From: Vicugna vicugna
Taxonomy: Eukaryota
DNA length: 60,000 bases
Direction: 5' to 3'
Assembly (NCBI GenBank): GCA_013265495.1
Contig: MU057560.1
Coordinates: forward strand, 2,604,909-2,664,908
The notes beneath the pieces are model-generated. The model worked only from the letters and a program-made list of their open reading frames with translations, was not told the origin of the DNA and searched no databases. Shown piece by piece: positions 12,917-24,964 of this stretch (the first letter of the stretch is position 1; each line of letters begins with the position of its first letter). Position numbers and translations under genes: made by a program.

Positions 12917-13677
12917 GGTCCCATTTGTTTATTCTATTTCTATTGCTTGAGTAGACTGTTCTAGGAGAACATTTTTGAGATGTATGTCAGATAATGTTTT
13001 GCCTGTCTTTTCTTTTAGGAGGTTTATTGTATCTTGTCTTGTATGTTTTTAGTCTTTGATCCATTTTGAGTTTACTTTTGTGTATGGTGTAAGGGAGTGT
13101 TCTAGCTTCATTGCTTTGCATGCTGCTGTCCAGTTTTCCCAACACCATTTGCTGAAGAGACTGTCTTTATTCCATTGTATGTTCTTGCCTCCTTTGTCGA
13201 AGATGAGTTGACCAGAAGTTTATGGGTTCATTTCTGGGCTCTCTATTCTGTTCCATTGGTCCATATGTCTGTTTTTGTACCAATACCATGCTGTCTTGAT
13301 GACTGTAGCTCTGTAGTATTGTCTGAAGCCTGGGAGACTTATTCCTCCAGCCTCTTTTTCTTCAGTAATGCTTTGGCAATTCTAGGTGTTTGATGGTTCC
13401 ATATAAATTTTACTATGATTTGTTCTAGTTCTGTGAAATATGTCCTGGGTAATTTGCTAGGGATTGCATTAAATCTGTAGATCGCCTTGGGCAGTGTGAC
13501 CATTTTAACAATATTGATTCTTCCAATCCAAAAGCATGGGATATCTTTCCATTTTTTAAAGTCTTTAATTTCCTTCATCAATGGTTTATAGTTTTCTGTG
13601 TATAATTCTTTCACCTCCTTGGTTAGATTTATTCCCAGATATTTTATTACTTCAGGTGCTATTTTAAAGGGGATTGT
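12917..13677 (-). mobile_element. Young L1 ORF2 internal fragment, truncated at both ends
   Basis: ORF 13339-13614 '[33 protein letters not shown]'; closely similar to the + copy at 13931-14489. Confidence 0.92.
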
Positions 13678-13780
13678 ATTTATTAACTATAGCCATACTT
13701 CAAGTATTTTAGAACTGGTTGGCCTACATCAAAGGTTTTCTTTCATCATCTTAACATTTTCTTTTAAGCTTTTGTTTACT

Positions 13781-13897
13781 GCAGTGTTTCCCGAACTTAG
13801 GTGTGTATCAGGATCTCAGAGAGCCAAGAAAAAACACAGTTACAGGATAATTAAGGAAATGTCTAGGTCTTTGTATTTTTATCCAGATCCCCAGGTA
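13781..13897. mobile_element. MER5A-like hAT-Charlie remnant
   Basis: 'cagtgtttcccgaacttaggtgtgtatcaggatctc' and 'tgtatttttatccagatccccaggtatt' resemble the two MER5 ends. Confidence 0.5.
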
Positions 13898-13930
13898 TTT
13901 TTTTCTTAAATTAAAAAAAAATTACTAAAG

Positions 13931-15271
13931 GCAATCTACAGATTTAATGCAATCCCTATCCAATTACCCAGGACATATTTCACAGAACTAGAACAAATCA
14001 TAATAAAATTTATATGGAACCATCAAACACCTAGAATTGCTGAAGCATTACTGAAGAGAAAGAAAGAGGCTGGAGGAATAACTCTCCCAGACTTCAGACA
14101 ATACTATAGAGCTACAGTCATCAAGACAGCATGGTATTGGTACCAAAACAGACATATGGACCAATGGAACAGAATAGAGAACCCAGAAATGAACCCACAA
14201 ACCTTTGGTCAACTAATCTTCGACAAAGGAGGCAAGAATATACAATGGAATAAAGACAGTCTCTTCAGCAAATGGTGTTGGGAAAACTGGACAGCAGCAT
14301 GTAAAACAATGAAGCTAGAACACACCCTTACACCATATACAAAAATCAACTCAAAATGGATTAAAGACTTAAACATAAGACAAGATACAATAAACCTCCT
14401 AGAGGAAAACATAGGCAAAACATTATCTGACATACATTTCAAAAATTTTCTCCTAGAAGAAATAAAAGCAAGAATAAACAAATGGGACCTAATGAAACTT
14501 ACAAGCTTCTGCAGAGCAAAGGAAACCAGAAATAAAACAAGAAGAAAACCTACGGAATGGGAGAAAATTTTTGCAAGTGAAACCGACAAAGGCTTGATCT
14601 CCAAAATATATAAGCAGCTCATACGACTCAATAAGAAAAAAATAAACAACCCAATCCAAAAATGGGCAGAAGACCTAAACAAGCAATTCTCCAAGGAAGA
14701 CATACAAATGATCAAAAAGCACATGAAAAAATGTTCAATATCACTAATTATCAGAGAAATGCAAATCAAAACTACAATGAGGTATCACCTCACACCAGTC
14801 AGAATGGCCGTCATTCAAAAATCCAAAAATGACAAATGCTGGAGAGGCTGTGGAGAAAGGGGAACCCTCCTACACTGCTGGTGGGAATGCAGTTTGGTGC
14901 AGCCACTATGGAAAACAGTGTGGAGATTCCTCAAAAGACTAGGAATAGACTTACCATATGACCCAGGAATCCCACTCCTGGGCTTGTACCCAGAAGGAAA
15001 TCTACTTCAGGATGACACCTGCACCCCAATGTTCATAGCAGCACTATTTACAATAGCCAAAACATGGAAACAGCCTAAATGTCCATCAACAGGTGACTGG
15101 ATAAAGAAGATGTGGTATATTTATACAATGGAATACTACTCAGCCATAAAAACCGACAACATAATGCCATTTGCAGCAACATGGATGCTCCTAGAGAATG
15201 TCATTCTAAGTGAAGTAAGCCAGAAAGAGAAAGAAAAATACCATATGAGATCGCTCATATGTGGAATCTAA
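13931..15271 (+). pseudogene. Truncated L1 ORF2p C-terminal reading frame (no EN or RT core)
   Basis: Frame is open from 13931 (AIYRFNAIP...) to the stop at 15271, and includes ORF-track entry 14156-15271 and the CCHC knuckle [18 protein letters not shown]. Confidence 0.95.
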
Positions 15272-15595
15272 AAAACAAAAACAAACAAACAAACAAAAAC
15301 AAAGCATAAATACAGGACAGAAATAGACTCATGGACAGAGAATACAGACTTGTGGTTACCAGGGGGGTAGAGGGTGGGAAGGGATAGACTGGGATTTCAA
15401 AATTGTAGAATAGATAAACAAGATTACACTGTATAGCACAGGGAAATATACACAAAATGTTATGATAAATCACAGAGAAAAAAATGTGACAATGAGTGTG
15501 TATATGTCCATGAATGACTGAAAAATTGTGCTGAACACTGGAATTTGACACAACATTGTAAAATGATTATAAATCAATAAAAAATGTTAAAAAAT
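13931..15595 (+). mobile_element. Young 5'-truncated camelid-type L1 with TSD
   Basis: ORF2 C-terminus, 3' UTR, AATAAA (15576-15581) and A-rich tail; 16-bp TSD AAAAAAATTACTAAAG at 13915-13930 and 15596-15611; TT|AAAA target context at 13911-13916. Confidence 0.97.
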
Positions 15596-15611
15596 AAAAA
15601 AATTACTAAAG

Positions 15612-16233
15612 TATTAATGATTTACAATGTTTCAGGTATATAGCAAAATAATAAATAAGGAAATATTCTTTTTCAGATTAAAAAACAATTATTTCCCATT
15701 GTAGGTTATTGCAAGATACTGAATATAGTTCACTGTGCTATAGAGTAGGTCCTTGTTATTTATCTATTTTACATGTTGTAGTGTGTATCTGTTAATCCCA
15801 AATTCCTAATTTATCCCCCTCCCTTCCCTTTTTCCCTTTGGTAACCATAAGTTTGTTTTCTATGCCAGTGAGTCTATTTCTGTTTCATAAGTAAGTTCAC
15901 TTGTACCATTTTTTAAGATTCCACATGTAAGAGATACCTTTATTTGTCCTTCTCTGTCTCTCTTACTTCACTTACTATGATAATCTCTAGATCCACCCAT
16001 GTTGCTGCAAATGGCATTGTTTTATTCTTTATATGGCTGAATAGTATTCCATTGTATAAATATACCACAGCTTCTTTATCCAGTCCTCTGTCAATGGACA
16101 TTCAGTTTACTTCCATGTCTCGGCTACTGTGCGTAGTGCTTCTATGAACATTGAGGTGCATGTATCTTTTTGAATTAGAGATTTTATCTTTTCTGAATGT
16201 ATACTCAGGAGTGCGATTCCTGGATCATACGGT
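15612..16233 (-). mobile_element. L1 3' end (artiodactyl-type); its terminal ~35 bp lie at 13895-13930, split off by the young L1
   Basis: 'ataggttattgcaagatactgaatatagtt...ggtaaccataagtttgttttctatg...ggatcatacggt'-type 3' UTR/ORF2 end. Confidence 0.85.
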
Positions 16234-17595
16234 AAGTTCCCTGCTGTTACTGTGTCACTGTCCATTTCTGCATTAATGTCTGTCAACATTTGCATTGTGT
16301 GCTTTGGTGCTTCTATGTTGAATGCGTATATATTTGTAATGATTGTATCTTCTTGTTGAGTTGATCCCTTTATTATGCAGTGTCTTTGTCTCTTGCTGCA
16401 GACTTCACTTGTAATCTACTTTGTCATACACAAGCTTTGCTCTCCTAGATTTCTTTTTGTTTCCCTTTGCGTGGAATGTCTTTAGTCTGAAATCAGTCTT
16501 GTGCATAACTAATTGCTTTTATCTTGCTGATTTCAAGATCCTTTATTTATCTTTAAATTTTACCTTGTTAATTATAATGTGTCTTGGTTTGGATCTTTTT
16601 GGTTTTCTCTTGTGTGGGAGACTCTGTGATTCTTGGACCTGGATGTCTGTTTCCTTCCCTAGTTTAGGAAAGTTTTCAGCTGTTATTCCTTAAAATAAAT
16701 TCTCTGCCCCGTCTCTCTTTCTTCTGGGATGCCTATAATGCAAATGTTAGTATGCTTGATGTTGTCCCAGAGGTCTCTTAAAGTGTCCACATTTTAAAAA
16801 AGTCTTTTTTATGATCAGCTTGGGTGATTCCCACTATTCTCTCTTCCAGTTTACGATCCATTCCTCTGTATCATTTAATCTACTGTCGTGTATTTTTTAT
16901 TTCAGTTATTACAGTGTGTTTGGCTCTTCTTTGTTTTCAGAATCTTAGATGAAATTCTCATCGTGTTCATCCAGTCTCCTTCCAAGTTTGGTGAGAATCT
17001 TTATGATTATTACCTTTACTGGGCAGGTTGCTTATCTCTACTCCTTTTTATGAGGTTTTTGTTTTGTTCCTTTATTTGGAAAATATTTCTCTCTCTCTCT
17101 CTCTCTCCATTTTACTTAGTTCTCTGAGTTTTTCCGATGTGTCAGGCAATTGGTTACATTTCCTGATCTTGGAGAAGCAGCTGTTATGTAGGAGATGTCC
17201 TCTGGGCCCAGCAGCTTCTCCTCTGGTAACCAGAGCTGTGTGCGCCAGGGGTGCCCCATGTGGGCTGGGAGGGCCCTTCTGCCATGGCCGGGCTGTCTAC
17301 TGCAGGCATGCTGGACAGTGGGGGTGGCTTCCCACACTGTTGGCTGCACGGTCTAGTGGGACATGAGGCTGCTGCTGGCCCACTGGTGGTGAGTCTGGGC
17401 CTCACTGCAGCTGCCTGGGCAGCCCAGGGCGTGGATGGGGAGCATGCAGGGTTGGTACCAGCCTACTGCAGGGTGCGGTCAGGTGTCCCCGCAGTTGTCT
17501 GCATGTCCTGGGTGGGCAGGGGGCCTAAGAGCTGGTGCATGACCACTGAAGGGTCTCATGGGGTTCCTGCTCAGTTGGCTGTGCAGCCCAGGGAG
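16234..17595 (-). mobile_element. 5' part of the older L1 (ORF2 EN remnant, ORF1, GC-rich 5' UTR) continuing 9055-12635
   Basis: 'ggtgcttctatgttgaatgcgtatatatttgtaatgattgtatcttcttgttgagttgatccctttatt' (EN), 'ttccttccctagtttaggaaagttttcagc' (ORF1), GC-rich 5' UTR-like 17150-17595. Confidence 0.8.
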
Positions 17596-17599
17596 ATTT

Positions 17600-18130
17600 A
17601 ATTTGTTAAAAATTTAAATAATACTGTATTCGTAGAAAAAAATACAACTTTAGTTTCTGATGAAAAAATGTGTGTGTTGCTGGATTTTTTGCTAATATAT
17701 TATTTCAGTTTTTAATCCATTTTCCAACAAGATGTGATTTCATACTGTCTTGTTTTTCAAAATCAAGCCTTTGCTAGTTTCATAAAGTGGCTTAATAAAT
17801 TTGAAGTTATTTGCTATTTACAAATTGGATATAATTCACCTTGACATACTTGACCTGAAGTTTCTGTTCTGGAGAGTATTTAGCGGCTCGATTTTGTGAT
17901 GGTTGCGGGACCTTTCTCGTCTTCTGCTTCTGCCTGAGTCAGCTTTGGAGTCCATGCTTTGCTAGTGGGCCGGCCATTTCTCTGCCGCTTTCACAGGCGT
18001 CGGCGCAGAGTTGCTCATGCTCTTCTCTCCCTAGAGTGTGTGACTGGGTCTGTGGTCACTCCTAGCACTGTTCATCTGGGCCCTGTCTCTGTTTTCTTAA
18101 TCTTGGCTTCTATTTTTCTGTTCTTTTCCC
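17600..18130 (-). mobile_element. Ancient L1 (L1ME-like) ORF2 remnant; other half at ~8900-9050
   Basis: 'ttgctggattttttgctaatatattattt...gcctttgctagttttcataaagtg' and upstream 'aatgaattttcctcgtctattgagatg' are collinear degraded ORF2 pieces. Confidence 0.55.
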
Positions 18131-19214
18131 CGTAATTAATTTAGAAGATTGGCTCCCCAGACGCAGGTTTGTCTTTCCTCTCCAGTATCAGTGATTAAGT
18201 CCCTTCCGTTCTCAGGAAGTGCTGCTTGGCCTTCTAGCCTCGGGCGACTCCTGGCTTTGCTTTCTGTTCTCTGTGCCCTGTGAATCCCTGAGAACCGAAA
18301 CTCAGGCTCTCGGGCTCAGCAGGTCGGGGAGGCCTGTTTCAGGGTCATAGGTTCCTACTTGCACATTGTGTTTAGTTTGTGAATGTGTCTTCATTTCTCT
18401 CCAGTTCAATGATAACATTAAAGAGGCATTAAAATGCGATTCAGTTTTTTGACTGATTTCTGTGTGAGTTGGGGTGGTTGGGGCTGCAAGCCTCTGCTAC
18501 TAGGAATCCTCTTGCCTGCGCGTCTGATGTTTAAGAAACTTGAACCTACTTGGCTTCTGGTCTCGTGTGAAAAGGACAGTAACTTTTCCCTCTTTGTTCA
18601 GTTCTTCAGGTGAAATTTCATCACCTGATTTTTTTGGAACCTATGATGCTACTTAACTTATTAAAAACATGATGTCTAAGTGTTTGGGACACTGTTCCTG
18701 GCCCCCCTATAAACCTCTGGCTCTGAGAACTTGTCATCAAGGCCAAATTCAACTGTAAGCTAGCCAATAAGCACTGAAGACTTGTTCAGCTTTGCTACAT
18801 GGGCCCCAGCCCTCACCCGTGGCCCCAGCTGGATGTAAGTTAATACAGTAAAATCACCAAAGTAGGCAAGACTTGGGTTCTTTTCACTGGGGAGTCTCAC
18901 ACCCTGCGGGCATCTGCAGATGCAGACAGCTGGGGGCAAGGCAAAGCAACGGCAGTGGCTGGTGCTGGGGGCCCATGTGTCTTCTTCCCAGATGTTTGTG
19001 CAGCTCCGTTCCCACCCAGCCGAGATGCTGCGCTGTGTTTGCATCACAAAGCGGCAGCACAGAGCGACCACGGGACAGTGATGTCACCGAGTGCCACATC
19101 GTGCGGCCCCCAGGACCGGGTGTTCAGCGTGCATCACATGACGGGAGGGAGAAGTCGCACTTGGCTCTATCTGGGGCAGCTCAGAGACTTTATGGAGCCT
19201 TCTTAAGTCTTACT

Positions 19215-19365
19215 TCCTCTTGAGGACAATTCTGTGAGGCAACTAAGGGTGAACAGTATTGACAGTCTACAGAGGAGAAGACCAAGGCTCGGAGACGTGA
19301 AGTGCCCTGTCCAGGATCACAGCTGCGGCGTGGTAGAGACGGCGCTCGGGTCCCCTGACACCCGC
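19215..19365 (-). mobile_element. MIR SINE
   Basis: 'ctacagaggagaagaccaaggctcggagacgtgaagtgccctgtccaggatcacagct' is a reverse MIR core. Confidence 0.7.
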
Positions 19366-19964
19366 TCTCTTTCCTGTACGGCGAGTCACCGGAGACCTTT
19401 TCGCCGCAAGGTTTGCCATTCTACTTTCTGTTTGTTCGTGGCCACAGTAGCAGGTGTCTGGACGCGCGATTAAGTTTTTGCTTTTGATAGTGGGCTCTCT
19501 GATCACAGTGTCAGCTGTCGCCTTGGGGCTGAGAAGCAGGGCACTCGTGGGAAGGAGCAGGGCCCCTGGAAAGCCTCGCCCAGCACCTTGCAGACGCTGG
19601 CCGACCTGCGGTTTTCACCCTAAGCTCAGGGAGAAGCCGGCCAGTGCTGTTGCGCTGGGTTGCGTGTCAAGCTTGTTAAATGCCAGTTGTATTTCTGTGT
19701 GTGCAGCAGCCTGCAGGGACTAGGGGCGGGGGCTCAGTTAAGAGGCCTTCGCTGTAGTCCAGGTGGAAAACTTTGATTAGGGAGAGTCAGTGGAGATGGA
19801 GAAATGTTTTCTTGGGGAAAAATAACATGATACGATGATCGGGAGATACAAGGGGCTGAGGAGAAGAAGAAAAAGGCTCCTGGGTTCTTCACACATTGGT
19901 GACAGTGACTTCATCCGCTGGGCTGACGAGCAGGCAGAGCAGAGCCGCAGAACCGCAGGAAGTT

Positions 19965-20098
19965 GTCTGAAACCTCAGACTGTCCCCCCACCCCGACCCC
20001 GAGTTTGACGCCATGGGTGGGGGCCTGGGTGGGACCCGAGTGGGGCCTGAGACTGAGTTTCTAAGAAGCTCCCAGGTGACCCTGAACTGCTGGTCTAC
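19965..20098. mobile_element. MER5A-like DNA transposon
   Basis: 'gtggggcctgagactgagtttctaagaagctcccaggtgaccctgaactgctggtc'. Confidence 0.65.
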
Positions 20099-20279
20099 CA
20101 GTCAGATGTCAGCTGAAGATCAGATTTTAGGAGAAAAATCTTGAATGCAGTTCTAGCTGAGCCGAGTGTAACACGCTTAAACTCCTTTCCCCTCGTTTTG
20201 CTCTGAGGCCGGGGGAACGTCTCATCACTTCTCTCCCCTGGGGAGGGGCATCACGGGATAGTAGGAAATGCGTGGCGGG

Positions 20280-20390
20280 GGGCTCAGAAATCCTGAGTTC
20301 ACATCCGAGCTCTTACTTTTCCTCAGGGTGACTTTGTGATTATTACAGTCTTCGTAAGTACCAGTTTTCCGCTCTATGAGGTCGGCATGC
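20280..20390 (+). mobile_element. Degraded MIR
   Basis: 'cagaaatcctgagttcacatccgagctc...gtgactttg...cagttttccgctctatga' follows the MIR consensus order. Confidence 0.55.
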
Positions 20391-22692
20391 CCGTCGTGTG
20401 TGTGTGGCCGTGTTTTAACTGCCACGTGCGCTGTGAACACTGCTTGCCGTCTGCCCACCGTCCGTCCCAAGTGGAGAGGATGGTTTCACGCCTGCTCTCT
20501 GCTGCGCTGCCTCTTCGGCCACTTTCATCTTCTGGGTTAGAAGCCTCGAAGGGCAGTTCACTCAGGTCTGTGCCCAGAAAGAGCTGGTTTTGGCCTTGCG
20601 CATTTTAGTGGCTCAGTCAGCAAACATTAACTGGCTAAAACATCAGGTTCTTTAATACAATTAACCAGCATTCTCATCTGTTACTTACACCTCTTTGGAG
20701 CTTAACAGGACATTACTTTCTCTCCATCTTCAACACCACGTTATCTTGGAATCATCCTTGTTTGAAAAACAATACAGGGGAACCGGCTTTCTGTTGTCGG
20801 CCCCACCCCCATTCAATGGCCCTGAAGTTTCACTTTGAAAGGTAACAGTTTGTCTTGACATTTATAATTTCAGTGTGAAATATACCTATATGTGTGTTTA
20901 TGCAAAATCACAAAATGTGGTTTTGGTTTTAACAGCCTTATTAATACTGATTTTTCTGTTTAATTCTGATACTTTGTCTGGGTCTATGGTACATACGAAA
21001 AGCTGATTATAATATTGGCATCTTTCTAGTTAATTTTGATTTCTGAACTTGCAAACAGCACCTTCACTTGACTCCAGTCCTAATACAGTGAAGTGAGTAC
21101 AGAAATCAGGCTTGGAAAGGGCTGGGCTGCCACTTGGATGTCAGCACATTCTGAAGTTAAGGAAGAGTGATGCCGTGTACCCGGGCATCAGAGGACGCCA
21201 CCGGCAGAGACACGGGTCTCACTCAGCCTTCAGGGGATGGTGCCCAGCCTTTCCCTGAACAAAAAGCAAAGCGAAATCCAGAGAGAGCAGGATGTCCTTC
21301 AGGAGGATGGGCACTTGTGCACGAGGTCGATGCACCGACTGACACTGCTGTCAAGTGTGTCCAACAGCACAGTTCTGCTTTATGTGAGTGAAGGACTGTA
21401 ACATTACAAAAATTACTCAAATAATCGCAAGCCACCAGGACCGTGGACATCCTAGAAACATGATTTATCCCCGGAGAGAACGGGGGCGTGTTTGCCAGCG
21501 AGCATCCCACGTGAAGTCGATGAACCCAGCCCCACGTGTGGCCTCCCCCTGGGGTCTGGCTCTCGCGGCGTCTGTGAGCGGCACGGCGCCTTTCCTCATG
21601 AGAAATCCAGCACCTGCGATGTTTACTGTCGGGCCACCTGTCCTGCCCCTGCAGCCTCAGGTCTGCTGCGCACTCCCCGTTCCGGGGACTCCTTCCTTTC
21701 ATTTTGCCCTTTGGATTTTCCAGATGGCACGTCTAGCACTTAAGTGTTTCAAGCGGACCCTTGCCTGCGGCGTTGCTTCTCAGTGCACTGGATTTTATCA
21801 CAGAGTTAAAAATAGTTATAAGCTGAGTGGAAGTCAAGGTATTGGGGCAAGGCCGAGTTGACTCCAAGCCTCCAAACTCACGGGAGCTCAGCGGTCGCTT
21901 TAAACGGTGTTTGTGATTGTACAGGACTTGGGCCTCTGTGAAATCAACCTGAAAGCTCAGCTCTCGGGTCTGAACGCGGAGGTAACTGGGTGTGTGAATG
22001 TGGTCTCTCTGTCCACCCTGAGCCCAGAATCGGAAAGGCCAGTTTCAGCCCAGACAGTCTGTCCGTAACTTATTGTTTGCAAGGATTTAAAATGTTTTCT
22101 TTTGTTTCCCTCTCTGCTGTGGTCTCTTTCTAGCATCGAATCAGCTGATAAATATTTTGATGTGGAAAATTCTAATTTTATTCGTAACATTAGTAAGCTT
22201 TATTGCCTTCTCTCCCCTCCTTAATAATTAATCTACATTTGAAACAGCAAAAAACTGGTCCAAAAACACCTTTTTTTTTTTTTGGTGGTGGTGGTTTTAT
22301 TTTTGTCCTTACTGGTTTGAATATGCCAGGACAACCTGAACAGCTAATCATTTATACAGTTATGCTCTATTGGAAAGAAAGTTCCTGTTAACTGACCGTC
22401 AGGCTGTTTTACTTTTGTTACAGTTTCATTCGTTTCGGTGGATAATATTCTTAAAAAGACTTCACTCTTCTGAAGCAGTGGTCGGTAACCTACCCCAGGT
22501 GAACTTTCTGTGTAACTGGCACAGCCACAGTGGAATTCTCTTAGCTGAATCTACATTTTCTTAGCCTCAGGACTCCGTGATCTCACTTGCCTTTCTTAGG
22601 GCTGTTTAATTATTGTCTCTGAATAACTGTGTTTGTGGGACTCAGCAAATTACTTGGGATTCGTGATTTTATTGATTTTGCCTCCTTCCCTC

Positions 22693-22827
22693 TTTTTTTT
22701 TATTTTTTTCTTTCTTGGGCGGGTGGGTAATTAGGTTTATTTATTTATTTGAAGGGAGGAACAGGGGGTTGAGCCCAGGACCTCGTGCGTGCTAAGCATA
22801 CGCTCTACCGCTGAGCCATCCTCTCCC
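22693..22827 (-). mobile_element. Camelid Vic-1-type tRNA-derived SINE
   Basis: Reverse complement 'gggagaggatggctcagcggtagagcgtatgcttagcacgcacgaggtcctgggctcaacccc...aaataaataaataaacctaattacc' plus A-tail; A and B boxes visible. Confidence 0.9.
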
Positions 22828-24964
22828 TCCTCTTCCTCCTTAGAAGAGTTTTGGAAAGTAAGAGGAATACTTCACGTCTTAGTTTAGCTCATTTTTAAAA
22901 GCACCTTTCACGTACACAGAGGCAATAAAAATACGGGTCTGCAATCTGTCATTTGCAATTCCGAAGTCCAAAAGGCACTGGGGAACTATTTTTCTGGGTG
23001 TTTGTTTGGCTGCCATTTGGAGGCAAACCTGCCGGGCTCCCAAGGTGACAGACAGCCGCACCTGCCCTGGGCAGGCGGGACCCCCGCCGCTTTCACCCGC
23101 CTCCTGGCGCGGCTGCCCGCACGGCTGGGGGGGACGGTTCTCCTCACCTGGGGCTCCTGGGCCTTCAGGTGCCGTGGGATTTGCAATATATGCACCCTGG
23201 GTCTTCCCTGAGAGCTGAAGGTGGTCTGAATTTGACACATGTGAAATTCAGAGGGTTTAGGGGAAGGGTTTACAGGCCTATATGTTGAAGTAAAATTGAA
23301 TTTGGGCTGTTCAAGACAGTGATCGTGCTGGGTTAGTTTCAGTATAAATGAGGAACTGTCAAGAACAAAACCACTTCTCGAGCTGTGGCAAAACGCTGGC
23401 TTTGCTTCCTCACCATTTCAGGGAGGGTTAAATAGTATCAGGAATTCAGAAATTTTACAATAGTGACGTTATGAACCAAGCAGGGTCCTTCCTGGTATTA
23501 GGGCTTTGTCTCTGACCGACTGTCTTAGTCTCCTTTCGGATCAGACCGGCAGGCTGCAGAGTGACCTGAATGTCACAGAAGTCCCCAGGTGAAGCCATGA
23601 TTCCAGAAACAACTGAATGTTCAGCGTGGGAGCAGGCAAAGGGAAAACCCCAGATGATTAATGCTTGACTCGGTGGTGGTTCCGGGACAACGGAGGCAGG
23701 ACTGGCCCGAGTGGAAGTGTGAAGCGGAAGCTTCTGACTCATGCCCTCCCAGGGTTTCCTCCGCAAACCGCAGAGCCCCATCCTGCTTCTGGACTGGTTG
23801 ACTGTCCTTGCCGGTGACTAATTGCCCCTGAGCTTCACCTTCTGGTCGCGATGCCAGCCGAGGGGGAGACTCCATCCACGGACAGTTACAGGGTAAAGGG
23901 TGGTGCTTGGAGATTTAAGAACGAAGCCTTCAAGGAATCAGCCCCTGATGGTGGAACGAACAGAACGAGGCGGATGATGTGAGGGGGAACCGACGTCTGT
24001 CACCTTCTCATCATCCTAACAGACAGCGCAGCCGCCTCTGGTTCATCACACCTGCTCTGTGTTCTGGAAATAGACTTGACTGACTTGCTCCGCTTTGGTT
24101 TCCCTCTCTGCACGTCCTTAAATATCTGTCTACGGAAATGCGTATGTGAAAGTATGTCTGTGGAAATGTAGATGGAAGCACACACATGGACATATGAACA
24201 TGGAAGTCTCTTTTGCTTCGCTTTAATAGAATACTTCAGAAGATTAAGTGAGGGGCAAAGGCTGTTTACAGCAGGTAAATTCGCCCCGGAGTCTGGAGTA
24301 CAGGGGGTCGATAGGAGCTCTTTCCCAAGGTTAAAATACTGTTCTGAAAATCCGTCTCTCAGCCCGTCTTTGTGCTTCTCCTGAGTTACACAGTTAGAGG
24401 AAGAGGAGGTGCGTTACGGCGGCCAGGTGAATATTTGATTTCTGTCGCTTCCGGTACTCGTTTTCATTTGTCTTTCGCATGCTAACAGTTTGCCATCTGT
24501 ATAGTCATAGCTGCTGTCCAACCCCGCCCCAGGGTTCCCTGACGAACTGGAGCGCCGTCGCAGATTCTCGGGACAGCGCTGGCTTCACACAGCAGAGGGG
24601 CAGGCGTGCGCGTGTAGCTCAGAGCTTCGCGGGGGCGGGTGTGTAAACGGAACCCCTCAACCACCTTGAGTTGATTAAAGGAGTCCCTTTCTATCCGAAT
24701 GATTGTAAGTGGAATGTGCAATAACTGGGAATTTTAAAACAAGGTTTAACGCTGCTTTGTTCCTGTGATGACCTGGAAGCAGCTATGAAAGAGGCTGAAA
24801 CTTCCAGAACTGTTTACCTACACAGTGGATTCATGGCATATGCGTATTTAACTGGCAGACAGTCAGATAACACCCAGGATTTAAGAAAAGAGAGAGTGAT
24901 GGAAAGTAATTTAAATAACGTTAGCAACCAAGTCAGGGACCTGTGTCGCTGCGTGCAGAGCCCA

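Noticed and set aside
14209..14769. 186-aa hydrophobic antisense ORF and similar ones at 9684-10136 and 10482-10898
   Set aside because: Antisense shadows of A-rich L1 ORF2.
14156..15271. 371-aa ORF as a host gene
   Set aside because: It is the C-terminus of L1 ORF2p inside a TSD-flanked truncated L1.
20327..20353. 27-nt microexon (cctcag|GGT...TTC|gtaagt)
   Set aside because: Lies within a degraded MIR with no other support; probably chance splice signals.
22760..22827. tRNA-Ala-like gene
   Set aside because: It is the head of the camelid SINE, with a tail and a mutated B box.
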